From Haliotis rufescens (Eukaryota), in the NCBI RefSeq assembly GCF_023055435.1, contig NW_025963957.1, positions 8,246,001 to 8,310,000 on the forward strand: a stretch of 64,000 bases of DNA. The letters run 5' to 3'. The stretch's first letter is position 1. The number at the start of each line of letters is the position of its first letter. Shown one piece after another: positions 1 to 14,240 of the stretch. The notes under the pieces were generated by a model that was given only the letters and a program-made list of their open reading frames with translations, was not told where the DNA came from and searched no databases. A program made the position numbers and the translations under genes.

Positions 1-1689
1 CTGTCACTCCTGTGTCACGGGAACCCACCCTGTCACTCCTGTGTCAAGGGAACCGACCCTGTCACTCCTGTGTCAAGGGAACCCACCCTGTCACTCCTGT
101 ATCAAAGAAACCCACTCTGTCACTCCTGTATCAAGGAAACCCACCCTGTCACTCCTGTGTCAAGGGAACCCACCCTGTCACTCCTGTGTCAAGGGAACCC
201 GCCCCGTCACTCCTGTGTCAAGGGAACCCGCCCCGTCGCTCCTGTGTCAAGGGAACCCACCCTGTCACTCCTGTATCAAGGAAACCCACTCTGTCACTCC
301 TGTATCAAGGGAACCCACCCTGTCACTCCTGTGTCAAGGGAACCCACCCTGTCACTCCTGTATCAAGGAAACCCACTCTGTCACTCCTGTATCAAGGAAA
401 CCCACCCTGTCACTCCTGTGTCAAGGGAACCCACCCTGTCACTCCTGTGTCAAGGGAACCCGCCCCGTCACTCCTGTGTCAAGGAAACCCACTCTGTCAC
501 TCCTGTATCAAGGAAACCCACCCTGTCACTCCTGTGTCAAGGGAACCCACCCTGTCACTCCTGTGTCAAGGGAACCCGCCCTGTCACTCCTGTGTCAAGG
601 GAACCCGCCCCGTCACTCCTGTGTCAAGGGAACCCACCCTGTCACTCCTGTATCAAGGAAACCCACTCTGTCACTCCTGTATCAAGGGAACCCACCCTGT
701 CACTCCTGTGTCAAGGGAACCCACCCTGTCACTCCTGTATCAAGGAAACCCACTCTGTCACTCCTGTATCAAGGAAACCCACCCTGTCACTCCTGTGTCA
801 AGGGAACCCACCCTGTCACTCCTGTGTCAAGGGAACCCACCCTGTCACTCCTGTATCAAGGAAACCCACTCTGTCACTCCTGTATCAAGGAAACCCACCC
901 TGTCACTCCTGTGTCAAGGGAACCCACCCCGTCACTCCTGTGTCAAGGGAACCCGCCCCGTCACTCCTGTGTCAAGGAAACCCACTCTGTCACTCCTGTA
1001 TCAAGGAAACCCACCCTGTCACTCCTGTGTCAAGGGAACCCACCCTGTCACTCCTGTGTCAAGGAAACCCACTCTGTCACTCCTGTATCAAGGAAACCCA
1101 CCCTGTCACTCCTGTGTCAAGGGAACCCACCCTGTCACTCCTGTGTCAAGGGAACCCGCCCCGTCACTCCTGTGTCAAGGGAACCCGCCCCGTCACTCCT
1201 GTGTCAAGGGAACCCACCCTGTCACTCCTGTATCAAGGAAACCCACTCTGTCACTCCTGTATCAAGGGAACCCACCCTGTCACTCCTGTGTCAAGGGAAC
1301 CCACCCTGTCACTCCTGTATCAAGGAAACCCACTCTGTCACTCCTGTATCAAGGAAACCCACCCTGTCACTCCTGTGTCAAGGGAACCCACCCTGTCACT
1401 CCTGTGTCAAGGGAACCCGCCCCGTCACTCCTGTGTCAAGGGAACCCGCCCCGTCACTCCTGTGTCAAGGGAACCCACCCTGTCACTCCTGTATCAAGGA
1501 AACCCACTCTGTCACTCCTGTATCAAGGGAACCCACCCTGTCACTCCTGTGTCAAGGGAACCCACCCTGTCACTCCTGTATCAAGGAAACCCACTCTGTC
1601 ACTCCTGTATCAAGGAAACCCACCCTGTCACTCCTGTGTCAAGGGAACCCACCCTGTCACTCCTGTGTCAAGGGAACCCACCCCGTCAC
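1..1689. repeat. 29 bp minisatellite (~58 units; starts before the window)
   Basis: CTGTCACTCCTGTGTCAAGGGAACCCACC. Confidence 0.97.
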
Positions 1690-1739
1690 GACTGTTCTCT
1701 AGATTCCGTCGGGTTCCCATGCGCCTGATCGTCCCGTCA

Positions 1740-2178
1740 CTAGCAACAAAACGTCGTTCTCAATCACAAGTTTATCCTACGATAGGCAGTCCTCTTCACC
1801 CTCGCCCCGCGCTTTAACCAGGCAAGGACTCAGGGTGAATCTCATTTTTCTCACTCGTTCAGAAAAGTCGTTAGAAACCCGCAGGTCATCATCTTCTTTC
1901 AGTGCAGTCTTTGCGCTCCACGTGACGGCCGCCATGTCCCTGTATCTGCTTGGTGTTGCTATGATCGGTTTGCTCGAGGTCTTTGTTTTCAGACTTGGCA
2001 CCCGTTCGCTGGGCAGATCTCCAGCACTTTCCATTCCCAAAGTGTCGTGGAAAACATCTCTCGTTAACTGCTCTGTGTCCTCCCAACTTTCTTCAGGTGT
2101 CTCCTGTAGCAGGTCCTGTAGCAGGACCAGGTCAGATCGGCGACGCTGTGCTTCCTGATTATCGAATGACAGTTCCAA
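1740..2178 (-). mobile_element. Decayed LINE ORF1-like (L1-RBD-like) fragment
   Basis: ESWEDTE..., KPIIA...YRD, LRVSNDFSERVR..R..L.P.L..AR..G....*DKLVI pattern typical of invertebrate LINE ORF1. Confidence 0.6.
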
Positions 2179-2879
2179 TTTGCATAATTATGTAACACTT
2201 ATGAGCTTCTTAAGCGATTCGTTTGTGTAAAATAATCAGACTGAATAATCTTTAAAGTGAATGCATCTGGCAAATCTAACTTACCGAACAATATTATTGT
2301 TATACTACATCCTTTATTGCATAAAAAAACAATTTCGGCTGAAATTTGAACAGTGTAATACATGAATAGATAGAAGCCACAGCTACAGTTGAAATATCAT
2401 AAAACGCTCAAATTTATGTCCATTTAGGTCGCTATAACCAAGTTTAAGTTTATAATGAGTAGTCTTATTAACTCTTGTTCCATATGTTTTGAATATGTGA
2501 TGTACATTGCTTGATATGTTTTTATCATAAGCATTTATAATACAGACAACGATTTTTCTGTACAATGTAGAGTGTCACCCAACACAGCAGATCTTAAACA
2601 CTTTTGATACGTATCTGGCGACAAAAGTGGAACTTAGGGTTTCTTGGATGACCTTGTACCATACGTGAAACTGACGGACATATTGACTGGAATAACATCA
2701 TGAAAGAAAATCGGGCGATCTTTTTAAAACATTTGATGAAAGTCACACATTGTATGAGTTAAGCTTTGAGATGAACAGCCAGTTCCATTAGATACTCTAG
2801 AATGAGTCACTCCTCTGACAGATTCACATATAGGTCTCCATTCATCTAGGTGACGTTTTTCAAATAGTATTTTTTGACA

Positions 2880-3030
2880 CGGTGGGTTAAAGCGTTCATT
2901 CGTCACGCAGAAGACCCGGGTTCGATTCCCTACATTGGTACAATGTGTGAAGCTCATTTCTGGTGTCCCCAGCCGTGATATTGCTGGAATTCTGCAAAAG
3001 CGGAGTAAAACCATACTGACTCACTAACTC
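2880..3030 (+). mobile_element. tRNA-derived SINE (family A), 5'-clipped copy
   Basis: Colinear with 53671-53835, including the B box and tail. Confidence 0.85.
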
Positions 3031-4139
3031 TTGGTTCTTTGTACAGTTATTCCAGATGAATGCCCATAGTCAAATATTGGTAAACTGAATGAGTTATATA
3101 TAAGTTATGGGACTATCAAGCTTCTTCAACAGTTGATCTACTTTGGCAATAATACCATCTACACGCATCTGCTTCTGACCATGATACTGCACAGTAAGTC
3201 TAAGATGTTGGTGAGAATTAACAGTTTCAATCTTGATCGTTCATAAACAGATCTGGCCTTGGGCTTGTTGTTCTCTTCCTAGAAAATATAATTGATTCAG
3301 TCTTACTAGGATTAATATTAACATTCCACGTTTACCCCATTTTGCTGTCAATTCTTAATCGGGGTCATCAGTAGTCATATATCGAGACGTATCGTCAGCA
3401 AAGTACTATATATTGTTCACTGTAACAGTACTGAAAACAAAAAAATAATAATGACCTTAAGACCGAACCGTGTCGGACTCCTGCGTTAACGGGTTTATAT
3501 TAATAAATTATATATATATAAATATATTACATGTCGCACTGTTTGGAGTTGCATGTTGTACATATCCTGACAGGTTCCCTGGGTTGACATCCCCTCCCCC
3601 TCCCACCAAACCACCCCTCCCCGACCCCCACCCACAGCAATCCCCGGCCCGCCCCGACCGCGGCGACACCATGCAGCAATCCAAGCGTCTAATTGTCCAT
3701 TATGTCCGGTGATGATCCCTCCTGCGTCAGATCTCCGTCCAGGACCCTGATCGGCGGTGTGTGGACAACACCCATCTGCTTCTGTGGCCGTACACAAGCA
3801 GCCTTCTGCTGGGCGCGGATTACAAGACAGGATTTTATACCCACTAAATCCATTGATAGAAGGTGTTCACTTGTGTATTTATTCCGTGAAGACCCTCCGG
3901 GGAAAGCTTGTTAAAACCTACACCTGAGCTGCGTAAAGCGTTCACACTTCAAAGCCGATTTCCCTGATATCAATTACCATGTCTCACTGGCTTCGCCCCA
4001 GAAATATTAGCCTCGTAAATTTCACTTAGTAAAACCAGAATAATCGTATCAAGCTGGATTCATAACCAGGTCTGCTCACACACACACGTGTGATAATCTC
4101 CCACCACCCCCAGCAACTGCCGGTCACAGTTATATGGAG

Positions 4140-5890
4140 CGGACGTATTTTATATAGTTCACATTACAGGGGCGTATTGATGTAGATAGTTCATCATACA
4201 GGGGCGTATTGATGTAGACAGTTCATCATACAGGGAAGTATTGATGTAGATAGTTCATCATACAGGGAAGTATAGATGTAGACAGTTCACCATACAAGGA
4301 CGTATTGATGTAGACAGTTCATCATACAAGGAAGTATTCATGTAGACAGTTCACCATACAGGGACGTATTGATGTAGATAGTCCATCATACAGGGACGTA
4401 TTGATGTAGACAGTTCATCATACAAGGAAGTATTCATGTAGACAGTTCACCATACAGGGACGTATTGATGTAGATAGTCCATCATACAGGGACGTATTGA
4501 TGTAGATAGTTCATCATACAGGGAAGTATAGATGTAGACAGTTCACCATACAAGGACGTATTGATGTAGATAGTTCAGCATACAGGGAAGTATCGATGTA
4601 AATAGTTCATCATACAGGGACGTATTGATGTAGATAGTCCATCATACAGGGGCGTATTGATGTAGATAGTTCATCATACAGGGACGTATTGATGTAAAAA
4701 GTTCATCATACAGGGAAGTATTGTTGTAGACAGTTCACCATACAAGGACGTATTGATGTAGATAGTTCAGCATACAGGGGCGTATTGATGTAGATAGTTC
4801 ATCATACAGGGACGTCTTGATGTAGACAGTTCATCATACAAGGAAGTATTGATGTAGACAGTTCACCATACAAGGACGTATTTATGTAGATAGTTCATCA
4901 TACAGGGACGTATTGATGTAGATAGTTCATCATACAGGGACGTATTGATGTAGACAGTTCATCATACAAGGAAGTATTGATGTAGATATTTCATCATACA
5001 GGGACGTATTGATGTAGATATTTCATAATACAGGGACGTATTGATGTAGATAGTTCATCATAAAGGGGCGTATTGATGTAGATAGTACAATGCATGGACG
5101 TATCGTAGATAGTTCACCATACAAGGGCGTATTGATGTAGACAGTTCATCATACAGGGAAGTATTGATGTAGATAGTTCATCATACAGGGACGTATTGAT
5201 GTAGATAGTTCACCATACAGGGACGTATTGATGCAGACCGTTCACCATACAGGGAAGTATTGATGTAGATAGTTCACCATACAAGGACGTATTGATGTAG
5301 ATAGTTCATCATACAGGGAAGTATTGATGTAGACAGTTCATCATACAGGGACGTATTGATGTAGACAGTTCATCATACAGGGAAGTATTGATGTAGATAG
5401 TTTATCATACAGGGACGTATTGATGTAGACAGTTCACCATACAAGGAAGTATTGATGTAGATAGTTCATCATACAGGGAAGTATTGATGTAGATAGTTCA
5501 CCATACAGGGACGTATTGATGTAGACAGTTCACCATACAAGGAAGTATTGATGTAGATAGTTCATCATACAGGGACGTATTGATGTAGACAGTTCACCAT
5601 ACAGGGAAGTATTGATGTAGATAGTTCACCATACAGGGACGTATTGATGTAGATAGTTCATCATACAGGGAAGTATTGATGTAGACAGTTCACCATACAG
5701 GGAAGTATTGATGTAGACAGTTCATCATACAGGGAAGTATTGATGTAGATAGTTCATCATACAGGGACGTATTGATGTAGATAGTTCATCATACAGGGAC
5801 GTATTGATGTAGACAGTTCATCATACAAGGAAGTATTCATGTAGACAGTTCACCATACAAGATAGTTCATCATACAGGGCCGTACTGATG
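4140..5890. repeat. 32 bp minisatellite
   Basis: GGGACGTATTGATGTAGATAGTTCATCATACA. Confidence 0.97.
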
Positions 5891-7057
5891 CATTTGAACC
5901 AGGATTAGGTGCTAGAATGACAAGCTGCTGTGTTATATTGTTTGACAAGCACTTCTATATTGTCACCTCATCTCACGTCACGGACGAGTCTGGCTGAGTG
6001 GATCGACACAAGCACGGGTGACGGAAGGGGGCGTGGCAGGGGTATTGGGTTTCATCATAATCGCTAGAAAGGTGAATATGTCATATCATGTAGAAATAAA
6101 ATAATCACAGGGGTGTTGTTTCGTAGTTATAGTCAAGAAAAGTCAGCCCGATTATTTAACGCAATGGGTGTCGCGATACCCTCCGACCCACTGTGTTTAA
6201 AGTCTGTTTAGTGCTGTTCCTCTGGAGGGTTCCTGGTACGTCCATGTACAGCCTATATTTACCCAGAAGGACCCCAAGAGTGCTAGTCCTGTGTTTGATA
6301 TGAAAGCAGCTTGTCTCCATCGTGTTCTAGTCGTCTACTGGAAAGCAGCAAAGCTTGTATTAATGATCATTATCAACAAACGCCTTGCTTCCTTAGAAAC
6401 CTGATATGGATACCAATTATCTACCAGCTTTTTTAACACCAAACTGCCTCTTCTAAATCCGCTTTCTGGGAACTCATCTGGTATGAAATGCATTATTGGG
6501 CGTATCATGGCGAAAGGGTTCTATGGTTGTCACTGAGCGTCCTTGTCTCCCTCTCCCTCCCCTCCCTCTGGGCAAGCGTTTGTTTTAAACACCATTAGTC
6601 TGGCGTGAGAAGAAACAGAGGAGTTTGCGGTTTTCCTTGAGGTGAGTGCGAGTCTTACAGACCCAGTGAGGTAAGAGGACCTAGTCGGGGTATTCTCGTC
6701 ACGTCTGCCTCGGGTGGACGACGTGTTAAGCAGGGATCACATTTCTCTCCTTTCTCCTTCCTGCCGGCACCTCCAGCTAATTGCCCAGGCTTACTTCTGC
6801 ACCAGTGACCATGTAATCACATGTGAAATTCCTGATTACCTTCGCCGACTGTGGATCAAACGTGAAGACGAACCTCACTACTTCAGTCTCCACACATCAG
6901 ATGCAACGTGACGAGTAATGTGGAGTTCAGCAGATGGCGTTGGCATCACAGAGGTGTTACTGGTTGAACCACGATGTTTGGGGAACTCTACTTGACCTAC
7001 TTATATAGTTAGAGGAAATGGTTTAGATAACCTAAGTACATTTTGTTTTGGACAGTT

Positions 7058-7345
7058 GGGGAGGTGAATTGGGGTTTCAACGTCACTTTCAAGATTATTT
7101 CACTCATATAGCGCATGCATGCACGTGCGTGTGTGTGGCTGCTTGTTCTAGTCCGCAGTCTGACATGTACATTGAATACCCTACTCAAACACATCATAAT
7201 GATTCCGAGACGGCCAGTGCTTCTTGTGTGCCCTTAATGCCAGTCATCAGACAGGGTGACAGTAAGCATCATATTTTAACGTAACTTTGTATGACGACCT
7301 GTCGGCATCTGCGCTGGCGCTGTCCACAACACCATGGAGGCGGTG
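7058..7345 (-). mobile_element. Diverged SINE family B copy
   Basis: gaggtgaattggggtttcaacgtc tail and cccttaatgccag..agacagggt core similar to 30556-30922. Confidence 0.55.
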
Positions 7346-7764
7346 TATTCGGCAGTTCAAGTCGGTTGTCCAGGTTTTCTTTATAATAACCTGAACTGCA
7401 TCGCACACAGAAACTACGACGATATGGTCCGTTCACGTCATCTGCATTGTACCAACCTGAAGTGCAAAAATATCAACAACATCAACATCCAATCGACAAC
7501 ACAGATAATTGCCCTTCCCGCAATTCCAGTGAAAGGTCCCCTCGTTTTCAGTCATTATGGAGACATTCAATTAGGGTAAATGGGTTCTTAAGTTTATTTG
7601 TGCTGTCCAACATTACAGTCCTGATGGCCGACATGAGCGTTTGAAGACGGCGACGCAACCCCCCGTGGTGGTCATCTGCTCAAACTGGACACAAAATGTT
7701 TGCAAACGATGACCACTGCTACCTGTGATTATCAGGTGCTGACTGACCATGATGACATCAACAT

Positions 7765-7779
7765 AGCGCCCTCTGGCGG
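7765..7779 (-). promoter_or_regulatory. Candidate CTCF site
   Basis: CCGCCAGAGGGCGCT closely matches the CTCF core; motif only. Confidence 0.4.
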
Positions 7780-8381
7780 GCATCTGGGCAGTTAAGGAGG
7801 ATAATTAGATGTGTGTCGTGCTCCGACGCTTGACCACTGTCCAAGCAGGAATGTTCATAGGGAATAATGACTATAATTAACTCCCAGAATGACTAATGTT
7901 TGAACGAGGCAGCTTTTAGGAGAGTATTATGACAAAAGATGGACGAATCTGCCCGTCTGTTGCACGTCTAATGTTTCTGCAGTGAGATGTGAGGATGAAG
8001 ATGGCCATCATCTGGCCCCAGGAGTGGGCTGACAAGTCAACCGAAATCTGTTACTGAGTAACAAGCGTCGTATTTAACAATGAACACAAACATAGAAGTG
8101 ATTATAAAGTAGTTATCCCCACATCCACATTCTATAGACAGGGGCAAGAGACAGCGACCTGCAAATGGCACATAATCACAGCCGAGTACATTAGGGCCTT
8201 GCTACTGTAGATGCAGATGTTTATCTTGATGCTATTACGTTCATTGTTAGTGGAAGACAGTCGTGTCTCGCGATAGGATCATTTGGAATACGTTTTAGGA
8301 TAGCTTCTACGTGATTCAAATATGAAATATGTTGTCAATATTTTTTTTAAAGAATATACCGTCCTCACGAACATTTACATT

Positions 8382-8760
8382 CACAAACACAGCACCGTTA
8401 CAACCACAAACACAGCACCATTACAATCACAAACACAGCACCATTACAACCACAAACACAGCACCATTACAACCACAAACACAGCACCGTTACAACTACA
8501 AACACAGCACCATTACAACCACAAACACAGCAACGTTACAACCACAAACACAGCACCATTACAACCACAAACACAGCAACGTTACAACTACAAACACAGC
8601 ACCGTTACAACCACAAACACAGCACCATTACAACCACAAACAGAGCACCGTTGCAACTACAAACACAGCACCATAACAACCACAAACACAGCACCGTTGC
8701 AACTACAAACACAGCACCCTTACAACCACAAACACAGCACCGTTACAATCACAAACACAG
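8382..8760. repeat. 23 bp minisatellite
   Basis: CACAAACACAGCACCATTACAAC. Confidence 0.95.
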
Positions 8761-11095
8761 AGACTGACATGACTGTGTACGTCAGATGACGTGATGTGTG
8801 AGGCTGACATGACTGTGTACATCAGATGACGTGATGTGTGAGACTGACATGACTGTGTACGTCGGATGACGTGATGTGTGAGACTGATATGACTGTGTAC
8901 GACAGATGACGTGATGTGTGAGACTGACATGACGGTGTACGTCAGATGACGTGATGTGAGAGACTGACATGACTGTGTACATCAGATGACGTGATGTGTG
9001 AGGGTGACATGACTGTGTACGTCAGATGACGTGATGTGTGAGGCTGACATGACTGTGTACGTCAGATGACGTGATGTGAGAGACTGACATGACTGTGTAC
9101 GTCAGATGACGTGATGTGAGAGACTGGCATGGCTGTGTACGTCGGATGACGTGATGTGAGAGACTGGCATGGCTGTGTACGTCAGATGACGTGATGTGTG
9201 AGACTGACATGACTGTGTACGTCAGATGACGTGATGTGTGAGGCTGACATGACTGTGTACGTCAAATGACGTGATGTGTGAGACTGATATGACTGTGTAC
9301 GTCAGATGACGTGATGTGTGAGGCTGGCATGGCTGCGTACGTTGGATGACGTGAGTTGTGAGACTGACACAGCTGTGTACGTCAAATGACGTGATATTTG
9401 AGACTGACATGACTGTGTACGTCAGATGACGTGATGTGTGAGGCTGGCATGGCTGCGTAAGTTGGATGGCGTGAGTTGTGAGACTGACACGGCTGTGTAC
9501 GTCGGATGACGTGATGTGTGAGACTGACACGGCTGTGTACGTCAAATGACGTGATGTGTGAGACTGATATGACTGTGTACGTCAGATGACGTGATGTGAG
9601 AGACTGGCATCGCTGCGTACGTTAGATGACGTGAGTTGTGAGACTTGCATGGCTGTGTACATCAGATGACGTGATGTGTGAGGCTGACATGACTGTGTGC
9701 GTCAGATGACGTGATGTGAGACTGACATGACGGTGTACGTCAAATGACGTGATATTTGAGACTGACACGGCTGTGTACAACAGATGACGTGATCTGAGAG
9801 ACTGACATGACTGTGTACGTCAGAAGACGTGATGTGTGAGACTGACATGACTGTGTTCGTCAGATGACGTGATGTGTGAAACTGGCATGGCTCTGTACGT
9901 CAGATGACGTGATGTGTGAGACTGACATGACTGTGTTCGTCAGATGACGTGATGTGTGAGACTGGCATACCTCTGTACATCAGATGACGTGATGTGTGAG
10001 GCTGACATGACTGTGTACATCAGATGACGTGATGTGAGAGACTGATATGACTGTGTACATCAGATGACGTGATGTGTGAGGCTGACATGACTGTATACCT
10101 CAGATGACGTGATGTGTGAGACTGACATGACTGTGTACGTCAGATGACGTGATGTGAGAGACTGACATGACTGTGTACGTCAGATGACGTGATGTGAGAG
10201 ACTGACATGACTGTGTACGACAGATGACGTGATGTGTGAGGCTGACATGACTGTGTGCGTCAGATGACGTGATTTGAGAGACTGGCATGGCTGTGTACGT
10301 CAGATGACGTGATGTGAGAGACTGACATGACTGCGTACATCAGATGACGTGATGTGAGAGACTGACATGACTGTGTTCGTCAGATGACGTGATGTGAGAG
10401 ACTGGCACGGCTGTGTACGACAGATGACGTGATGTGTGAGGCTGACATGACTGTGTGCGTCAGATGACGTGATTTGAGAGACTGGCACGGCTGTGTACGT
10501 CAGATGACGTTATGTGTGAGGCTGACATGACTGTGTACGTCAGATGACGTGATGTGTGAGACTGGCATGGTTGTGTACGTCAGATGACGTGATGTGTGAG
10601 GCTGACATGACTGTGTACGACAGATGACGTGATGTGTAAGACTGGCATGGCTGTGTACGTCAGATGACGTGATGTGTGAGGCTGACATGACTGTGTACGT
10701 CAGATGACGTGATGTGAGAGACTGGCATGGCTGTGTACGTCAGATGACGTGATGTGTGAGGCTGACATGACTGTGTACGTCAGATGACGTGATGTGTAAG
10801 ACTGGCATGGCTGTGTACGTCAGATGACGTGATGTGTGAGACTGGCATGGCTGTGTACATCAGATGACGTGATGTGTGAGGCTGACATGACTGTGTTCGT
10901 CAGATGACGTGATGTGTGAGTCTGGCATGGCTCTGTACGTCAGATGACGTGAGTTGTGAGACTGACATGACTGTGTACGTCAGATGACGTGATGTGAGAC
11001 ATGGCTCTGTACCTCAGATGACTTGACTGTGTACGTCAGATGGCGTGCAGTGACAGACTAACATGGTTTTGTACGTCAGATGTCAGATGACGTCA
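8760..11095. repeat. 40 bp minisatellite
   Basis: GAGACTGACATGACTGTGTACGTCAGATGACGTGATGTGT. Confidence 0.97.
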
Positions 11096-12930
11096 TGTGA
11101 CAGGCTTTTCATTCTTGTTAAATAATATTTCTTCATAACACATACCAACACAGAATAATACAAAGGAGTTGTGTCAAACAGCACATCCAAATGTTTTCAT
11201 TCGAAGAAGTGAAACTGATGCTATTAAAACACATTAATGACAAATGCTATCTCAGACAAGTGGAACTTTGAGAGTTCTCTTGACGAATCTGTCTGATCGT
11301 GATGGATGAATAATGGCCAACTCATCTGAAGCTATTAACATGTTGTTACCGAGAGTGGACACGAGAGAATGACCCCACCAACCACGGTCCGCTTCTGGCC
11401 ATTCAAACATGAAGATGAAGAATGTCTTTGACTTGCGTCAGTGTAACTGTGCTCGAACATTGGGTCAGGGGGTCGGGCCACACAATGGTGGGGTCCCCGG
11501 GGTGGGATGAGCGGGCACCAGCACGCTTGGATTGTTCCGGGGTCGCCGCCCGCGGGACGCGCTGTTGTCCGCGGGGAGATTCGTCTTGAGTGCCTCCTGT
11601 GTGACTTGCAAAAGACTTTCCTGTTTTCGAGTGGCAACTAAAAGTTGATCTCCTCGTCAGCGTTGTGTCTCAAGTTGTCAACAAAGATTTCCAAGAGGAA
11701 AAACATTGTGTTCGTCTGTTTGAAATTGACCGATTGATGTTTACAAAACACAACTAAACAACCATTCAAACGTTAAAAGGACTAAGAGATTTATAAAAGG
11801 TTTTCTGCTTGCAACACTAACTATCACAGAACGGCGGCCGTGAACCAGGAGACTGGCGGGCTGCAGTCAATTCAGTTTCTCCACACGTACCCAGCTCCAA
11901 CCTATCACAACGAACACAACACGTGGATCGGGTCAAGCTATCCGAGTTAATCCTGCAGTCGGCAATTAATAATACGATTTTGGACATATAAGCACATTCA
12001 AAACAACCGCGAAAAAGATTTACGCACGTAACTTCTGCTTCAATTGTTACTTGGGTAAGGGCAACATAACGCTAACCCTAACCCTACATAGTTTAATACT
12101 TCTAGCCAGGGATTATAATGTTCAAACATGCCGGCCGAGGCAGGGTTTACGGATGAACATTTTACCTATCCGCAATGTCGAGTCTCAATTTATTCTAACT
12201 ATTACCGTACAGTTAAATGTGGTCTTTCATTGGGGAGAAAATGACATTGATGTATTGCTATATATGAGACGGCATTTCCCAGGTAATTCGTGGTATAATA
12301 TTCGGGTAGTACAGTCTCACCGAGTGCTATTTGAACGATAAACGTCTGTAGTTTTCGATGTCAGTGTGGATCATGTACAAACAACCCTCCATACTTTTAA
12401 ACCACAATTCACCTTCTGACGCGATGAATTCTAAATTATTGTGCAAATTATTGGTAAATTCTCTACGTGAAATTCGCCCACAATAACCAGGCTTCTTGAA
12501 TACATGTTTTTACGTGAGTGAATGGTTACGTTGACACACAGCTGATGCCCCAATGATGACCACAACGTTCATCCAGCGGCACGTGAGAACCCGGCCTTGT
12601 ACCAAGAGGTTGTGTCCACACCTTCAATTACACACTTTATTAACCTCAAACCATGACGAGGTCACGCAATAGGCTATTTACGTCCATCTTGGCCACTTCC
12701 GTCCACTGACCAGTGCCTTGTGGAGACTAACGAAGGTAATCAAGCGCTAGTTTACAACAGCCTTTGTCAACACGCGGGCAGATGGGGAGGCCACTGCATT
12801 GTGGGTAAGCATTGCGACTTCCTATTGTCCTCGCCTGACAGTCATGTGACGTCATGATGTCATAAGCAGTCAGATGTTATGTCGATGATAACTAGGATTT
12901 GGCAGTTAAAGTTGAATTGCGTCGATTGAG

Positions 12931-13085
12931 CTATAATGGGTGTTTGTTGAACTATAATGGGTGTTTGTTGAACTATAATGGTTGTTTGTTGAACTATAAT
13001 GGGTGTTTGTTGAACTATAATGGGTGTTTGTTGAACTATAATGGGTGTTTGTTGAACTATAATGGGTGTTTGTTGAACTATGGGT
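12931..13085. repeat. 21 bp minisatellite
   Basis: AACTATAATGGGTGTTTGTTG x7. Confidence 0.92.
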
Positions 13086-13202
13086 GGTTGATTTCGTCTT
13101 TTCATAGCACAAATTTGGTTTTGAATTAAAATATATTTTATTGAACTTAACTTACAACTTAAATAGCCCTCTCCGCGATATTAACTTTTGTTAGTTACTA
13201 GT

Positions 13203-13370
13203 AGTTGTTTAACGCCACACACATCAATAGTCTAGCTGTATGACGGCGGTCTGTAAATAATCGAGTCTAGACCTGACAATCCAGTGATTGACATCATAAG
13301 CATCGATCCACACACGATGACATGCAATCTGCCAAGCCCCCGATCTTGACCATCCGATTCATTTAGTCGC
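13203..13370 (-). mobile_element. Family C copy, 5'-truncated, abutting the plus-strand copy head-to-head
   Basis: gttgtttaacgcc...ggcggtctgtaaataatcgagtc...gaccatccgatt. Confidence 0.8.
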
Positions 13371-13625
13371 GACCCGTGAAGATCCGGGGTGGAATAGGTC
13401 TTTAGCGACTCATGCTTGCCGTAAAAGGCGACTGTGCTTGTCGTAAGAGGCGTCTAACGGGATCGGGTGGTCAGGCTCGCTGACTTAGTTGATGTATGTC
13501 GTCGTATCCCAATTGCGTGGATCGATGCCCATGATGCCAATCACTAGATTGTCTGGTCCAGACTCGTTTATTTACATTCCGCCGTCATACAGCTGGAATA
13601 TTGCCGAGTTAAACAACAAACAAAC
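13371..13625 (+). mobile_element. Family C copy, full length
   Basis: Starts GACCCGTGAAG and is colinear with the 47 kb copy. Confidence 0.85.
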
Positions 13626-13904
13626 ATTCCGTCGCCTTCTACGACAAACAAGGGTTGCTTGGGACACACATTCTTCCCCTGAATCCGCACGGGAGACAAG
13701 GATAGGTGGCTATCTTCTCTGTGGAGTTCCCGCGGGTGTATCTTATTAGGGGGGGTGGTGATAATACCCAAGTAGTCACGAGGCTTACTGTTTTATTGAG
13801 AGCAAACGACCAAGAATACCATATACGCAGTTTGGTAAAATAGCATATGTATAAATTAGATTTACACCTCGAAATGAATATTAGAAACACATCGTATACA
13901 GGTC

Positions 13905-14240
13905 ACAACGTGGCCAACGGCGGCATTGACAACACGACGTGGCCAACTCCATGCCGGCATTGACAACACAACTGGGAGACTCCACGCCGGCATTGGCAAC
14001 ACAACGTGGCCAACTCCAAGCCGGCATTGACAACACAACGTGACCAACTCCACGCCGGCATTGACAACAATGTGACCAACTCCATGCCGGCATTGACAAC
14101 AATGTGACCAACTCTACGCCGGCATGGACTACACAGCGTGACCAACTCTACGCCAGCATTGTCAACAATGTGATCAACTCCACGCCGGCATTGACAACAA
14201 CGTGACCAACTCCACGCCTGCATTGACCACGCAACGTGGC
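13905..14240. repeat. ~35-38 bp minisatellite
   Basis: CGTGACCAACTCCACGCCGGCATTGACAACA.. Confidence 0.85.

Noticed and set aside
12-1817. Three 550-600 aa ORFs
   Set aside because: They are translations of a stop-free 29 bp repeat, with the same peptide in all three frames
6180-6960. Possible exon or retroelement RNase H remnant (donor-like GTGAGT and GTAAGA; VDDVLSR peptide)
   Set aside because: I could not build a coherent reading frame or recognise a domain
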